Shown here: positions 1 to 11,904 of the stretch, in pieces
Position numbering within the stretch: position 1 is the stretch's first letter
How the letters are laid out: each line of letters begins with the position of its first letter
From: Marsupella aquatica
Taxonomy: Eukaryota > Plantae > Marchantiophyta
Assembly (NCBI GenBank): GCA_973895155.1
Contig: OZ316892.1
Coordinates: 3,227,223 to 3,291,222 of the forward strand
DNA: 64,000 nt
Direction: 5' to 3'
The notes under the pieces: model-generated
What the model saw: only the letters and a program-made list of their open reading frames with translations
What the model was told of the DNA's origin: nothing
Databases searched by the model: none
Program-made: the position numbers and the translations under genes

Positions 1-74
1 GCGGCTGCTCGGAGGCGAGGAGCCTTTTCCTCGTGCAGTTCTTGTTTGTATATACCACAATTCTACCTACAATA

Positions 75-1580
75 CTATGCCGTTGCGTCCAATCTGGGTT
101 CATGGTAGATCCCCCTTATGATGCGTCCGGTGCCACACACATCACCTCGAGAAAAATTCTGCAGCTTTTGCCACGACTTCTTGGAGAGGTCGTACACGAG
201 CAACTTGCAGCGCCCCCTCACATCATAAAGGTTGTAGGTGAAGAGCAATACGAACCGCCCAGCTTGGCACCAGTCCAGAATCACATCATCCCGCTCATTG
301 CACTGAAAGTAATCCTTGTCACCGAAAAAGCCCTCAAAAAGCCCTGCAGGTAAGCGGTCCACTTCCTTCCATTTCATACTCCCTGGCTGATGCTCCCAAA
401 TGCAGATACTCTGGATTTTATGATCCTCTTCAAGCTCTCCAACCATCAGAATCCGCCCTTGCCATTCCAACAGCTCCCCGTGCCTCACAGTCGAGGGCAA
501 GGGGGCTTGTAGATCACTCCACACCCCTTGCTCCATATCGTAAGCCAACAGCAAATTCCGCTGGGCGTGACTGCGTACATACAAGAATCCCTGAGAGTAG
601 ACAGGTTTACCTCTCAAGGTGTGGGTGGGCGGAATGTTGCCTGTGGTGGTCCAGCTCAGCGTCTGCGAGTCATAAACCTCTGCTGTATTTTGGAAGCTAC
701 CCGGATCGACCCTAGCAACGCCGGCAACAACCACCTTGTATGCCTTAGTCACTCTATCCACTACCATCGCCAGCATGGTCACTTTCGACGGCGTCTTGAG
801 GAGGGGCGGCAGTCTACGGCAAGATTTAGTTAGTGGGTTGCACACCACCACGCTCTTAGATCCATTCTCGTAGGAGAAATAGCAAACCAGGCCTCCGTCC
901 GCCGCAGAGAATGGATTCGTGTTGCTGTGGGCAGGACAGAGAGGCAGCTTGTGCCATTTATTCAATGCAGAATCATAAGTCGAGACATGGTTCCGCTCGT
1001 CGTGTGTGAAGAAGAAAAACCAAGGCCCCTGCGATGGGGTACCCGCGTAAGCCTCCAGAAAGCTCCCGGTGTACATATGAGTATTCCAGTTCTTGCATAC
1101 CTTCCGAAATCGGAAGAAGCTCTGGATGGGCAGTCTGGCTAGAATACAATCCAATAAATGGTCCGGCAGCGTGCTCCATAGAGCGGGATTCATCGGATCT
1201 TTCAACGGAGACGACGATGGGCATGAGTTGGGTGATGCATGGGCATGAGTCGGAACGGTGCAAATATCCTGCTCCTGGTCTTGCTGGTGGGCGTCATTGC
1301 CACTGCTGCCACGACCACCGCCTCCAGGAAGCAAATCCAACTGCAAATCTGTTTCCCAACCGGTCGAGCAGACCGGCCCGCTTCCGTCCACTCGGACTCC
1401 TTCCGATATCCCTGTCGTATCGCCGAAGAACTGGTGGAGGTGCATCAGCCTCCTACTACCTACCTTCCGCCTCTTCCTGCTATTGGCAGTGCTGTTGGTA
1501 TTGTTGTTGTTGTTCGTCGCCAACCCGCTGCTCCGAGCACTTCTCTCCCCGCACTCCCCTTGCCCCACCGTCGACTGCAT
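75..1580 (-). CDS. F-box/kelch-repeat-type protein, single coding exon
   Basis: The long ORF has an F-box motif (WSTLPDHLLDCILARLPIQSFFRFRKVCKNWN) followed by kelch-like beta-propeller repeats (GGLVC, VVCNPLTK, AEVYDS..SW, LAYDMEQGVW). The track starts at TTG 1610; the first in-frame ATG is at 1580. A polypyrimidine-CAG acceptor at ~1625 suggests a 5'UTR intron. Confidence 0.92.
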   Translation of the reverse strand: MQSTVGQGECGERSARSSGLATNNNNNTNSTANSRKRRKVGSRRLMHLHQFFGDTTGISEGVRVDGSGPVCSTGWETDLQLDLLPGGGGRGSSGNDAHQQDQEQDICTVPTHAHASPNSCPSSSPLKDPMNPALWSTLPDHLLDCILARLPIQSFFRFRKVCKNWNTHMYTGSFLEAYAGTPSQGPWFFFFTHDERNHVSTYDSALNKWHKLPLCPAHSNTNPFSAADGGLVCYFSYENGSKSVVVCNPLTKSCRRLPPLLKTPSKVTMLAMVVDRVTKAYKVVVAGVARVDPGSFQNTAEVYDSQTLSWTTTGNIPPTHTLRGKPVYSQGFLYVRSHAQRNLLLAYDMEQGVWSDLQAPLPSTVRHGELLEWQGRILMVGELEEDHKIQSICIWEHQPGSMKWKEVDRLPAGLFEGFFGDKDYFQCNERDDVILDWCQAGRFVLLFTYNLYDVRGRCKLLVYDLSKKSWQKLQNFSRGDVCGTGRIIRGIYHEPRLDATA

Positions 1581-2179
1581 TGTCGCTATACCTGCTTCGC
1601 CCACACGCAAATCTTAGCAATAACCTGTGATAAGAAAACACCGCCGAGAGTTCCGTCTTTGCAGTCCTTCGTATGTACCTATCACCCTTGCTTAATTGCC
1701 TTCCGTCTCTGCTTCCCAGCTTTTCGTTTTGTCGCAATTGATCGCTCACCCTGTCTCTGCCCTTGTGTGTACTGCTCCCTCCAGTTTCTCCTTGACGGTT
1801 TTCGATTTTCGTCACTCTTGCTATAACACGAAAGCCTTAATTACGTAGTCGTGTCCACAACCCCCCGATCAAACAAACCAGTCCGTGCCTCCCTTGGTCC
1901 CCTGGCGTGTCGAACAACCTTCTCTTACACTTTCCCTATCCAACCAACATCAAGTTCAAGCTTCCGTTCGTTCATCCGTTCCACCCTCTCGTCCTGGACG
2001 CCTCATTTCTTTGTAGATCGAAATTTTGCAAACAGACGCACATCCAGAAAACGCCTCGACCGTCCGTTCCAGACTCTCGTCCCCGACGCCTCATTCCTTT
2101 CTCGATCGAAACCTAGAAAACAAACAAGCAACCACAAATTGCCCAACTCTTCCGGTTGTCAACGCATGTCTCGCCTCCT

Positions 2180-2210
2180 CCTGTTCCTGTTCCTGTTCCT
2201 GTTCCTGTTC
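2180..2210. repeat. (CCTGTT)n microsatellite
   Basis: About five tandem cctgtt units are directly visible. Confidence 0.85.
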
Positions 2211-2309
2211 CTCTCTCCCTCCTAATCCCACCGTTCTCTCGATATCACGGCAGCCCTGAAACACCACGACAGAGCTCTTTCAACGCCAAAAGCGAAACAC
2301 CTTCACAAC

Positions 2310-2900
2310 GACCCGAAACCACTCCCGAGAAATTGGCTTTCACCCTAAAATGGACGACGACACGAGCCAACGAATTGACGGCAGCACGGTGACGACGAAG
2401 TCAATCGACGACACGATATGTGACCTTGAATCAAACAAACTCATTGCTTGAGCAGCAGTGGAGAACACAGCAGAGCAGAGCAGAGGCGGAAGAGAAGAGA
2501 AGAGAGAGACAGACCGGAAAACCTCTCCCGAGAAATAGCTTTCACCCTAAAATGGACGACGATAAGAGCCAACGAATTGCCGGCAGCACGGCGACGACGA
2601 AATCAATCGACGACACGATACGTGGCCTTGAATCAAACAAACTCATTGCTTGAGTAGCAGTGGAGACCACAGCAGAGCATAGAAGACAAGAGAAGAGCAG
2701 AGAGGCAGACCCGAAAACCTCTCCCGAGAAATTGGCTTTCACCCTAAAATGGACGACGCAACGAGCCAAGGATTTGACGCCATCACGGTTGACGACGAAA
2801 TCAATCGACGACACGGAAACTCATCGCTTGAGCAGCAGCAGTGGAGAACACAGCACAGCACCAGCAGAGCAGAGCAGAGCAGCAGAGAGGAGCAGAGAGG
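2310..2900. repeat. Three tandem copies of a ~200-bp unit upstream of the F-box ORF
   Basis: The core ctcccgagaaat(t/a)ggctttcaccctaaaatggacgacg...tcaatcgacgacacg...ctcattgcttgagcagcagtggagaacacag recurs at ~2322, ~2524 and ~2721. Confidence 0.9.
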
Positions 2901-3076
2901 AGGAGACGCGAGAAGAGAAGACCGAGAGAGAGAGAGAGAGAGGAATCGGATGATAAACGTGACGAGCGAATGAACGAACGAACGAAGGACAGGCGATCGA
3001 GAGTACAGCGATGTGGGGCGGTGTCTTTTCTGTCCATTCTTGGCCAATTATCGGCACCTCCGTTGCGGGCTCCGAA

Positions 3077-3114
3077 TTTTATAAGGCTCCGAAAAAGCTG
3101 ACAGCGTGACGTCA
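3077..3114 (-). promoter_or_regulatory. Candidate core promoter of the F-box gene (TATA box plus TGACGTCA palindrome)
   Basis: TATAAAA lies on the minus strand at 3083-3077 and a bZIP-type TGACGTCA palindrome at 3107-3114. A CT-rich leader follows on the minus strand (GA repeat at 2923-2942 on plus). Confidence 0.45.
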
Positions 3115-5340
3115 AGGGCTCCCTGCTTTCCACCACTTCCGGCGATCTGACGGCGCTCCGCTAGACTCGGGGATATTCGACGATCGAGATCGATCGGTCA
3201 GACATAATTAGTAAACCAGTGTCACCGTTTTACGGTACAGTCCAGTACTGTACCTACACCTCCATTTTGTCGGGTTCGCGTAATAAATATTGCTGCCTGG
3301 TCAAAATATAATTCATCTAAAAATGATGTAGTGCTGTACCGCATGGTTTGCTCTGCGGAGATGCCTAGATGGATGCAATCGGGATGGACCACTTGCAAAC
3401 GTTGCAAGGTTTTGGGATGGCATGTTATAGAGTAAAAGATTAAAAAAAAACCAGGCCCACACTTTGGTCAGGAAAAAGATTGAGGGAATCTTCTTTTGTC
3501 CACCTCATTCTCGGCTAGTGTGCCAGCTCTTTTAGGAGTTTTAGGGAATGTTAAACTCACCCCATGTATTTATTACATACATGCCAAAAGAAGCTCAGCC
3601 ATTCATGTGGCAGGCTCATAGACTTTCAAAGCTTGACACATCATCAGACTGGGGGTGTTTTTAGTGATTCGGCATGGAATATGCTAATTTTGTGGTGGAT
3701 TTAATAATTCCGTATATATCTATTGTCCACTAACTCATGAAACAACATTTGCTTTTCTTTAGGGGTCTTTTTTCTGGTTAGGTGTTTGTTCTCTTTGGAA
3801 TTCTTTCTCTTTATTTTTCTTGTACTTTGTTTTTTCCCTGAATTATAAATTCTGGTACGTCTTTCACATCGGAATCTAATCTCATACTTGGCTTTTGCAC
3901 ATGGCAGTGTTTTAGAACATGTGAGGGTTATGATTTCATATATACTGGGTTCTTCTCTTGCTAAAATTGGTTGAGGACGGGTCCACACCTCAAAGTTGTT
4001 GAGGCAAGGGTTAACAAGCAAGCAGAGAATAAAAAGTTAGTTGTGGTCGAACAAGGGTTTGCAGGCAAGGATTGAATTTGTTTCTAAAAGCAGCTCAGCC
4101 TGGGTCAGTTGTTTATTCATTGGTGTTTGGAAACACAATTTGTTTGTACAAAAAGTAGAAATAGTTGTAACCAGTTGGACATTGACTTAGTTTCGTGAGG
4201 TGAGTTTATTCTGATGATGTGAATTGACCTAGACCACATTTTGTCCCACTGATCCCCTTATTATGTAAGATTCTCAGAATCTTGTTAAAATATTCTAAAG
4301 AACTTTATCTTGAGATACAGGTTCCAGTTTTGAGATCCCAGTGCGAGTGACGTCATTTCATTCAATCAACAACACCTAAATCAAAATCTAACTACTCACT
4401 GTGAATGATCATCTTTCAAGCTGGATTTCTCTGCAGCCATTCAATGTTCTAACACCCACTTTAGCTTGTTCAAAAGCTTGCCTCCTTGCTTGAGGAGCTG
4501 TCTCTGGCTGTTCACAAAACTTACTCCTGGTCTTTATTCAGACAAACCTTGAATCCTTATGCCCAGAACGAGTGAACATTGATATCTCTAATTAAGTTCA
4601 AGCCCCATTTTCATACTCAGCGTGGGCAAGCATACAAATCTCCTGCACATGCAAAAACTCTGTTTCATGAAAAGAAATTGACATGTCAACGATGAGTATC
4701 ATGAGTCTTTGAAAGAGATTTCAATTCCAAACTGTTTGGTCCAATTAGATTTTGAAGCTTGTATGTAATCTATGGAAAAATACATTTTAACTAGGACAAC
4801 ATGGATTATAGTAAACTAAGCTTGATTTTCTTACATTTAGGCATCACGTCCAAATACAAAGGTGGTATGGAATGAGATTCCTTAAAGCTTGTGGGTCTGT
4901 ATTCCAGCCATTGAAATTTGTATTCCCTCCCATAACAATTGGCCATAAACTTGCTCAGACACACTAATTTTGTACAGAAAACATCTTCCTGGCAGGTGCA
5001 GTAGTGCGTGTCAAACCAAGAGCTGACACAGAAAGTATGGGTGAAACAGCCCATAACTCTTCCAATGTTCCGATAATATTAGATCCACAGAGATCGTGCC
5101 TGTTTTGGTGCAGTTTTTACAAAAAAGTTATATAAAATCCATCCTAACCTTCATGAGGGGCTGGTGGAACTTTTTTGAGAGAAAGTGGCACTAAATGGTA
5201 AAGGAGCTTGAAAGAAAAGATTCGCCTGAAAAGTTTATTGGCAACCAAATTGATGTAAAGAGGTTTTTATAAAGTATTGAAAAGGAGGAGCAAAAAAATC
5301 CTTTCGTTGTCAGCAAGTGGAGTCAAACGTCAATGCCTGG

Positions 5341-5361
5341 TCTCTCTCTCTCTCTCTCTCT
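5341..5361. repeat. (CT)n microsatellite
   Basis: A perfect TC dinucleotide run. Confidence 0.9.
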
Positions 5362-7049
5362 TGCGCCAAGGAAACATAACAATATAATCCTGACCTATTA
5401 TATTTTATATTTTCCTGTATGAGTCGGATCTGGAGTAGAATTGATTGAGCCAGGATCGAAATTGGGACCTGTTGGTCAGGGTAACCCTGGCCACTTCAGG
5501 TGGCCACTGGGCCCCACTTGATGATTATTTTTTGAGGCGGTTGATGTGGGAGGGATGAGGGTGGCTTTACAAGATGTCCCATCTATTGTTTTTAATTCCC
5601 TGTGACATTAAACCTGGCCAGGAATTGGGCTTTAAGTTGAATGCACATTGGTATGGGACATAAGCGATGAAGTGCTCCATTCCAAAATGGAGGTTGGAAG
5701 ATTCAATTTGTGTTCTTCCAATTTGCTGATCACTGGAGTCAATGGGACGAGCACACTGGCAAGGAGCACGTTGTGAGTGGGATGGCGAAAAAGAGGAACA
5801 AAGGTGCAAGCAGGATGCCGAAGAAAACTGGAGCAAATGCCTACCACGTGCCCATGCGGCACACCTCCTGAAACAGCATGTGTCCCATCAGAACCCCACA
5901 CTTGACTTACCCCATTGTGTTGGGGATGCCATTTAGAGTAAGGGTTCCAGTACACCCCGTGAACCAACAATAGGGGACTGCCAGACTGGGTATTTAATGT
6001 ACCTAGTAAGCAAAACCCTGTCGGGTTGGAGATGCTCTAATCTTACTAAAAAAGTGCAAACAAAGTCTACTCTTAAGGGCCTAGGGTCTAGAGTCAAGTC
6101 TCTAGACCATAACCCCAGTACAAACAAATATGATCATGAATCTCAATTAAAAAACACTTAAAATGAGGATTAACGAAATAGCATAGAAATATTATTGTGC
6201 AAGGATTTTTTTCTTCATATCTGTTTACGTTCAAGGAACGGGTAATCGGGCTAGTGAGTGGAAAAGGCCATGGTTTGAGTTTCAGGAACCTGGGGTCCAG
6301 TCAGGTCGGGATTCAGGTGTGGTGTCTACTCTAATGACAAACAATGGGTCCAAGTAAATCCTGATATGAAGTGCTTTTTTTGTATAAAATTTTAGACCAC
6401 TCTAGATAGTTTCCAAACATTTGTAAACTTGGCTCCTGTTTAGGATGGATTTGCAGATTTTTGGTGTGCATTCTGTCTTCAGAACAACAAGTGACTGTCA
6501 AGTTTGCTTTGGTAAAGTCATCCTGAGACCTGCTGAGTGCAAGTCACCCCTTGGCTACCTGAGTTGACCACTAGGCCCCACTCAAGTGGTTAAATCTAGA
6601 CAAGTTGATGTGAGAGGGATAAGGGACTTGGGGCCCATTGCTTTGTTTATTCCCTTTTGAGATTAAATCTCTACAGTATAATGGGTAGAAACAGCTCCAG
6701 TTGGCTTTACAATCCAATGGGGGCCCTTTCAGGTACTGTGTCTATAGGAAACTGCTGCAATTGGCTTTGCCAGAATGCCAGGCTCATTCAAGTATGGTGT
6801 CTACCTACCCTACATGTCAAGTAGTGGGCCCAAGGAAACGCAGATATTGGAGTGCTTATTCTAGAAAAAATCTGAACAAAATAAGTCCCAAAGCTGGAAT
6901 ATGAAGACCTAATGGACCGAGGGGTTTGCTTTGAAGCCTGGATTTCCAAAGCTGGGATAGACTGATGTAGAACATCAAAAATGCTTGGATAGCGTTATCT
7001 ATAGTTTTTACTGAAACGTGACTGACAAACAGGTTACTGACAGTTTGCA

Positions 7050-7210
7050 GAGTGGTAAGTTGCTTCTCATGCACAAACAACTCAGTACACCATCCTTCTC
7101 CAAAAGTGGTAAGTTGCAACTCATGCCCAAACTACTCAGGGCACCCTTCACAAAAGTGATGATTTGTTGCACATGCCCAAACTATTCAGGGAGTTCTTTA
7201 CAAAAGTGAG
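7050..7210. repeat. Degenerate ~50-bp tandem repeat (about 3 copies)
   Basis: Recurrent aaaagtg...catgcccaaactactcagg...cttcacaaaagtg. Similar degenerate sequence occurs near 36205-36310. Confidence 0.65.
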
Positions 7211-7890
7211 GTGTCCAATGGCATTTGCCTTACAATAATTGCCCATGTTTGCACTCATCAACAATGGAGAAAATGATCTCAGAAAAATCACAAACTTTGC
7301 CAGGTCATAGATTAAACAGCAAAGAACATGCTGGAAAACCTTGAACTTAAACTGAGATCCAATGGTTGCTCAATAAACTCACAAGTTTGCCAAAAGTCTG
7401 CCAGGAACCAACATTTTAGTCTCTGGAGAACTACTCAGAGCTCCCTCCTCTAAAGTGAAGCTTCCATCCCAAACAACCGGTCAGTGTGTATTTAGGGTGT
7501 AATTCCATTGGGATGGGCAAAAAAAGCCCTTTGGTCCATCTGGGCTTAATATCCACAAAGTTTTTCGGAAATTCCTAAATCAAGGGATTTGTACTATTTT
7601 ATTAAATATCATTTCATACTATTTAAGGTCTGAAGTCTATCTAGACTTAATACATAATCAGTTCTTGACCTAGTATGTAGAGCTAAGCCCTAGGCAACAA
7701 TATAACTGGTAGCATTGGTTTTGATATATAATATGCTTGGGAAGTCCCTCTGGGTGTGTGTAGAGGGAGCACTTAGAGTTAACTTGCATGGGCGCAGCCC
7801 TCAAGCCACCGGCCCTTAGTAACCCCAAAAATGTCTGGGAGAGCAGATTTTGATGTTCCAGAGTATCTCCTCCATTGCTACTTGTGAAAC

Positions 7891-8066
7891 CTTGCAAGGA
7901 GGTATTTGCTTGATGGACCCCAGATATGAAAAGTGTTGCTTGATAGGACTCTTGAGTTTTTGGGTATGTTGACTTAAGGTCTATCAACGGTCTGGATCAC
8001 TCACTGGTCCCACCAAGTAACACTTTTCATTTTGGGGGTCCATCAAGCATATACCTCCCTTGCAAG
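7891..8066. repeat. Long imperfect inverted repeat (hairpin); MITE remnant or pre-miRNA-like
   Basis: Arm 7891-7949 is the near-perfect reverse complement of arm 8007-8066, giving a ~59-bp stem with a few mismatches and a 57-nt loop. Confidence 0.8.
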
Positions 8067-9164
8067 CATATTTGTGTCCTCTCTGCTGTGTTGTTTGTGT
8101 GAATCCTGCACCAACATGTCTTATTTTTCTCTCATTTCCAATATGGGACTTCAAGGGCCTTAAAATTTCCAGCCCTTGCCCTTTGGTTTCCACTTTGTGT
8201 GCCATAAGCCCTGCTTGACCAAGAGGTTTCTCCACAAATTCTCACTCAATACTTTACTGCCATCTGTGCAATATATTGAGGCCACAAAACTGTGAAATTG
8301 AGAGCAGCTAAACTAAGGGCTCCCTACATGCAAGTAAGTTCTCTACAAAATTCTGAGTCAATCCTTTACTTCAATCTCTGAAGTTGAAGGCCTCAAAACT
8401 AATTGCCGCCTATATGAAGTTGGCACTTAGTGTACGCAGGAACAACTCTTCACAACAAGAAGTGGGGCTTTGTGTACTACCCCCAAACACAACGCCATGG
8501 CCTTGTTTTCAAATAGTGGGCCATTGGGCACTCTATTGGAATAGTGCACCCCAGGCATTGTCTTCGCCAAGTGTTGAGTATGTGTTTTCATTTTTTTTGT
8601 AGTTGCAGGGCGTTCTGTTTGAAAGTGGACATTGCATTTGAATATTGCCATTGTCATATGATTCATGAATTATATACCTTTCTTGCTCAATGTTAAACAC
8701 TTTTGGGTCAAAAGTTTTAAATAAAACATAACCCGAACACAACTTCAACATTTTAAACACCAACAACCCCCTTGTCTTAGAAAGATGTCCTGTTGGAGTT
8801 CTTTTGCCTTTGCAATCATGTCTCTCGGGTTGGCCATCCCGTCTTTTTGGCAGTGTGATATATATTTCAAATGTGTCATTTGTCACGTGACCATTTTTTT
8901 TATTTCGAACACGAAACCCCTGGACTCTGGTCAGGAGAAGACACTAGTCAGAACAAGAGATGGCCCTCCTGTTTGCTTTTGTGCAAAAAAGTCACACGAG
9001 CCCCCACTTCTTGTAAAGCCACCTGTATCAAGGCAGAGCTTGCCAACAGAATTGGAAGCCTAGGAAATCGTTGCTGGCAGCTTTTGCAGGACAGTCATAG
9101 AATGACTCGAGTTCCTAGCCGGAATGATTGGCAGTACATTGTAGAAAGAGAGTTGGACAGAGCC

Positions 9165-9561
9165 ATAGAAATTCGTTGATCAGGAAATGTGGGTTTTTGT
9201 TTGAATGCGTTCGCCATAGCTGGAGAGGAAGTGTGAACTACTGTACTGAATTTGTGTGGAAGGGCCGGAGCTTTCTGATCGACCTACTCAATTTGTGGGG
9301 AAGGGCTAGAGCTTTCTGATCGTTGGTCAAATGCCCTGAAAGGATGGAGTGGACGGAGACAACGAATTAATAGAAATTCGTTTGATCAGGACATGTGGTT
9401 TCGGTTGAAATTCGTTCGCCATAGCTGGAGAGGAATTGAACTACTCAATTTGCGGGGAAGGGCCGGAGCTTTCTGATCGACATACTCAATTTGTGGGGAA
9501 GGGCTTGAGCTTTCTGATCAAGTGCCCTGAAAGGATGGAGTGGACGGAGACAATGAATTAA
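9165..9561. repeat. ~200-bp tandem duplication upstream of the PPR gene
   Basis: atagaaattcg..tgatcagga..cgttcgccatagctggagaggaa..gaagggccggagctttctgatcgac..tgccctgaaaggatggagtggacggagacaa occurs twice (~9165 and ~9370). Confidence 0.88.
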
Positions 9562-9888
9562 CTTTTCGGACATTGAGTTCGTTTTCACAATCTTTTAGTA
9601 CTTCCGCTTGCCAGCGACACGAGGGAATTGAGTGAACTGGGCGTCAACCCTAGTAGATATGACGGATTTGAAATTGGAAGAAACGGATTTTGAGTTGATG
9701 ATTCAGTCTGGATCGTTATTATTCACTTCATTGCAATGGAAAGTGACACGAAAAGTAGCCTTGGTGATGGCCCCCCCTGTACGACAACTCCCCCGACGGA
9801 TGATTGATGAAATGTGTGTGTCCCAGAGCTGATTTCGGTTGCCGGGGGAGGAGAAGCAGCAGCTGCTGAGGAACAATATCAACAACCA

Positions 9889-11904
9889 ATGACGTGCTTC
9901 GCCCATTGCGCTCCGGTCCCCTTTGGTAGGTCTGCACTTTCTCCTCCTCTTCTTTCCTCCGCCGCGTCCTCTTCGTCATACAGCAACGCAATTTCCCCTC
10001 CGGCATTTCACGGAATTCTCCTTTTGCACCCCGTAAGGAAGGCAAAGAATGGTCTCCATCATAAGCCCTTTAGAAGGCTTAGCTGCTTCAAAAATGACTG
10101 CAGTGTAAATCGACAGCATCGCAGACTTGTAGGCAATGGGAGAAAGAGTACCGTTAGGGACAGTGGTCTCAAAAAGAGGACTCAGGAAGAGCTGCTGGAA
10201 AGAATTGCCCATGAAGTACGTCAGAAGAGGGAGGGGGACAGAGTCACCACTCCGATTGTACGTGCCTTGACATGGGCCTGTCGATGGGTCACTGTCGCTT
10301 CTGATGTGGACACTATAGTTGGAGACCTGGATTTGCCCCTACCGATCTTCACGTCCACATTGCAGAAGCTGGGTATAGAGAGAAAGCCCCAGGCAGCTAT
10401 GGCTCTGTTTCAATGGCTGCAGACAGCTCCGGGAATACTTCCGAATGTTTATACCTATAACAGCCTGCTGGGTTCTCTCAAGACCGCTGGACGCTATGAC
10501 ATGGCACTGAGTGTGTTCCAGCAAATGCAGGCCAGCTCCATCGCCCCGAACATTGTCACTTATAATACTCTCATCAACTTGTACGAGCAGCAGGGCCTCT
10601 TTAATGAGGCCATTGATCACTATAATGGATTCAGACGACTAGGTGTACAGCCTACTCTGTACACGTTCAGGAATGTCATTCAGATTCTCGCAAAGAAAGG
10701 GGATGTGGACAATGCACTGGGTGTCTTTAGAGAGTTCAAGCAGCAGCAGCAGGTTGGTGGAATCAATAAGGACGAGAATCAGGTTGTGGAGCTCAAGAGG
10801 GAAACAGAGCAGCGGCAGCAACTGGAGAGGATAATGACACAACTTTGTTGTGAGAGATTCAAGGAGTTGGTTTCGGGGGAGAGTAAAAAGGGTGCTGGAG
10901 CTTTGCAATTTCTTAATAGAGTCAAGGGCTCCCAAATTGACTTGGATGCACAGGCGTATGAACAGTTTATTCTTGCGTGTGACGGAGAGGGGGAAGAAAA
11001 TTACAAGGTTGTGAAGGTTCTCTATCGGCAAATGCGGCAGCAAAAAGTACCAATGAGTGTGAGGCTGTGCAATCATGTCATTCAAGTCCTTGGGCATGGG
11101 AAAAAATGGTGGGCTCCATTGGAAGTCTATGAGCATATGGTGCAAAATGGTCCAGAGCCAGATGCATTAACCTGTAGGCTCCTCCTAGCTCACTTCCAAG
11201 TTCTCCTAAACGCTGCACGGAACAGAGGAATTTGGAAGTGGTCACTGCAGCTACTTGATAAGATGATCGAGAAAGGAGTAGAACCGGACCAATTTGCGTG
11301 GAATGCAGCCCTTATTGCTTGTGCAAAGGCAGGTCAAACAGCTCCTGCCGTGTTTGTGTTCAAAACGATGACCGACCGCGGTCAAACACCTGGAATTGTC
11401 AGCTACGGAGCTCTCCTTAGTGCGCTGGAAAAGAGTAGTTCTCTCAATGAAGCAGAGCTGGTGTGGGAGCATATGCTGAAGGTCGGTTTGAAGCCTAATA
11501 TTGTGGCTTACACAACAATGATCTCCTTGTATGGGAAGGTGGGTAAGTATAGCGCGGCCATGCAGCTCCTGAAGGTCATGCGTGAAGCCGGAATTGAGCC
11601 TTCAGTGATAACTTTCAATGCATTGATAACAGCATGTGCCAGGGCTGGTGACGGTGACCGCGCTCAGGACTTGATCGAGCAGATGAAGGCTGCATGGATA
11701 CAGCCAGATGCCATCACATATGCACAGCTTATCGAGGCTTTTGCCAACGCGGGCAGGTGGGAGCCTGCCATTGCAGCTTATGCCAAAATGCTGGAGCTGG
11801 ATCTGAAGCCTCCTGCTTATGCATATGATGCAGTTGTCCGAGTCTGTAAAGCTAACAATGTCGTGTTTGACCTCGAACCTTCGTTTGAACTAACAAAATC
11901 ATAA
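9889..11904 (+). CDS. LPE1: Chloroplast P-class pentatricopeptide repeat protein, LPE1/At3g46610-like
   Basis: The intronless ORF has many PPR motifs (PNVYTYNSLL, PNIVTYNTLI, PSVITFNALI) and an S/P/A-rich transit-peptide-like N-terminus. The block KKWWAPLEVYE..GPEP..HFQVLLNAARNRGIWKW..WNAALIACAKA..SYGALLSALEK matches recalled At3g46610 sequence. The track starts at GTG 9814; the first in-frame ATG is at 9889. Confidence 0.85.
   Translation: MTCFAHCAPVPFGRSALSPPLLSSAASSSSYSNAISPPAFHGILLLHPVRKAKNGLHHKPFRRLSCFKNDCSVNRQHRRLVGNGRKSTVRDSGLKKRTQEELLERIAHEVRQKREGDRVTTPIVRALTWACRWVTVASDVDTIVGDLDLPLPIFTSTLQKLGIERKPQAAMALFQWLQTAPGILPNVYTYNSLLGSLKTAGRYDMALSVFQQMQASSIAPNIVTYNTLINLYEQQGLFNEAIDHYNGFRRLGVQPTLYTFRNVIQILAKKGDVDNALGVFREFKQQQQVGGINKDENQVVELKRETEQRQQLERIMTQLCCERFKELVSGESKKGAGALQFLNRVKGSQIDLDAQAYEQFILACDGEGEENYKVVKVLYRQMRQQKVPMSVRLCNHVIQVLGHGKKWWAPLEVYEHMVQNGPEPDALTCRLLLAHFQVLLNAARNRGIWKWSLQLLDKMIEKGVEPDQFAWNAALIACAKAGQTAPAVFVFKTMTDRGQTPGIVSYGALLSALEKSSSLNEAELVWEHMLKVGLKPNIVAYTTMISLYGKVGKYSAAMQLLKVMREAGIEPSVITFNALITACARAGDGDRAQDLIEQMKAAWIQPDAITYAQLIEAFANAGRWEPAIAAYAKMLELDLKPPAYAYDAVVRVCKANNVVFDLEPSFELTKS

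Noticed and set aside
33-1826. Plus-strand ORFs of 100-198 aa overlapping the F-box gene
   Set aside because: They are antisense shadows of a GC-rich coding region with no motifs.
4400-5970. Protein-like fragments in the F-box/PPR intergenic region
   Set aside because: They have frequent stops and no motif I can name, and are probably old TE debris.
9976-11472. Minus-strand ORFs inside the PPR gene
   Set aside because: They are antisense shadows of the real CDS.
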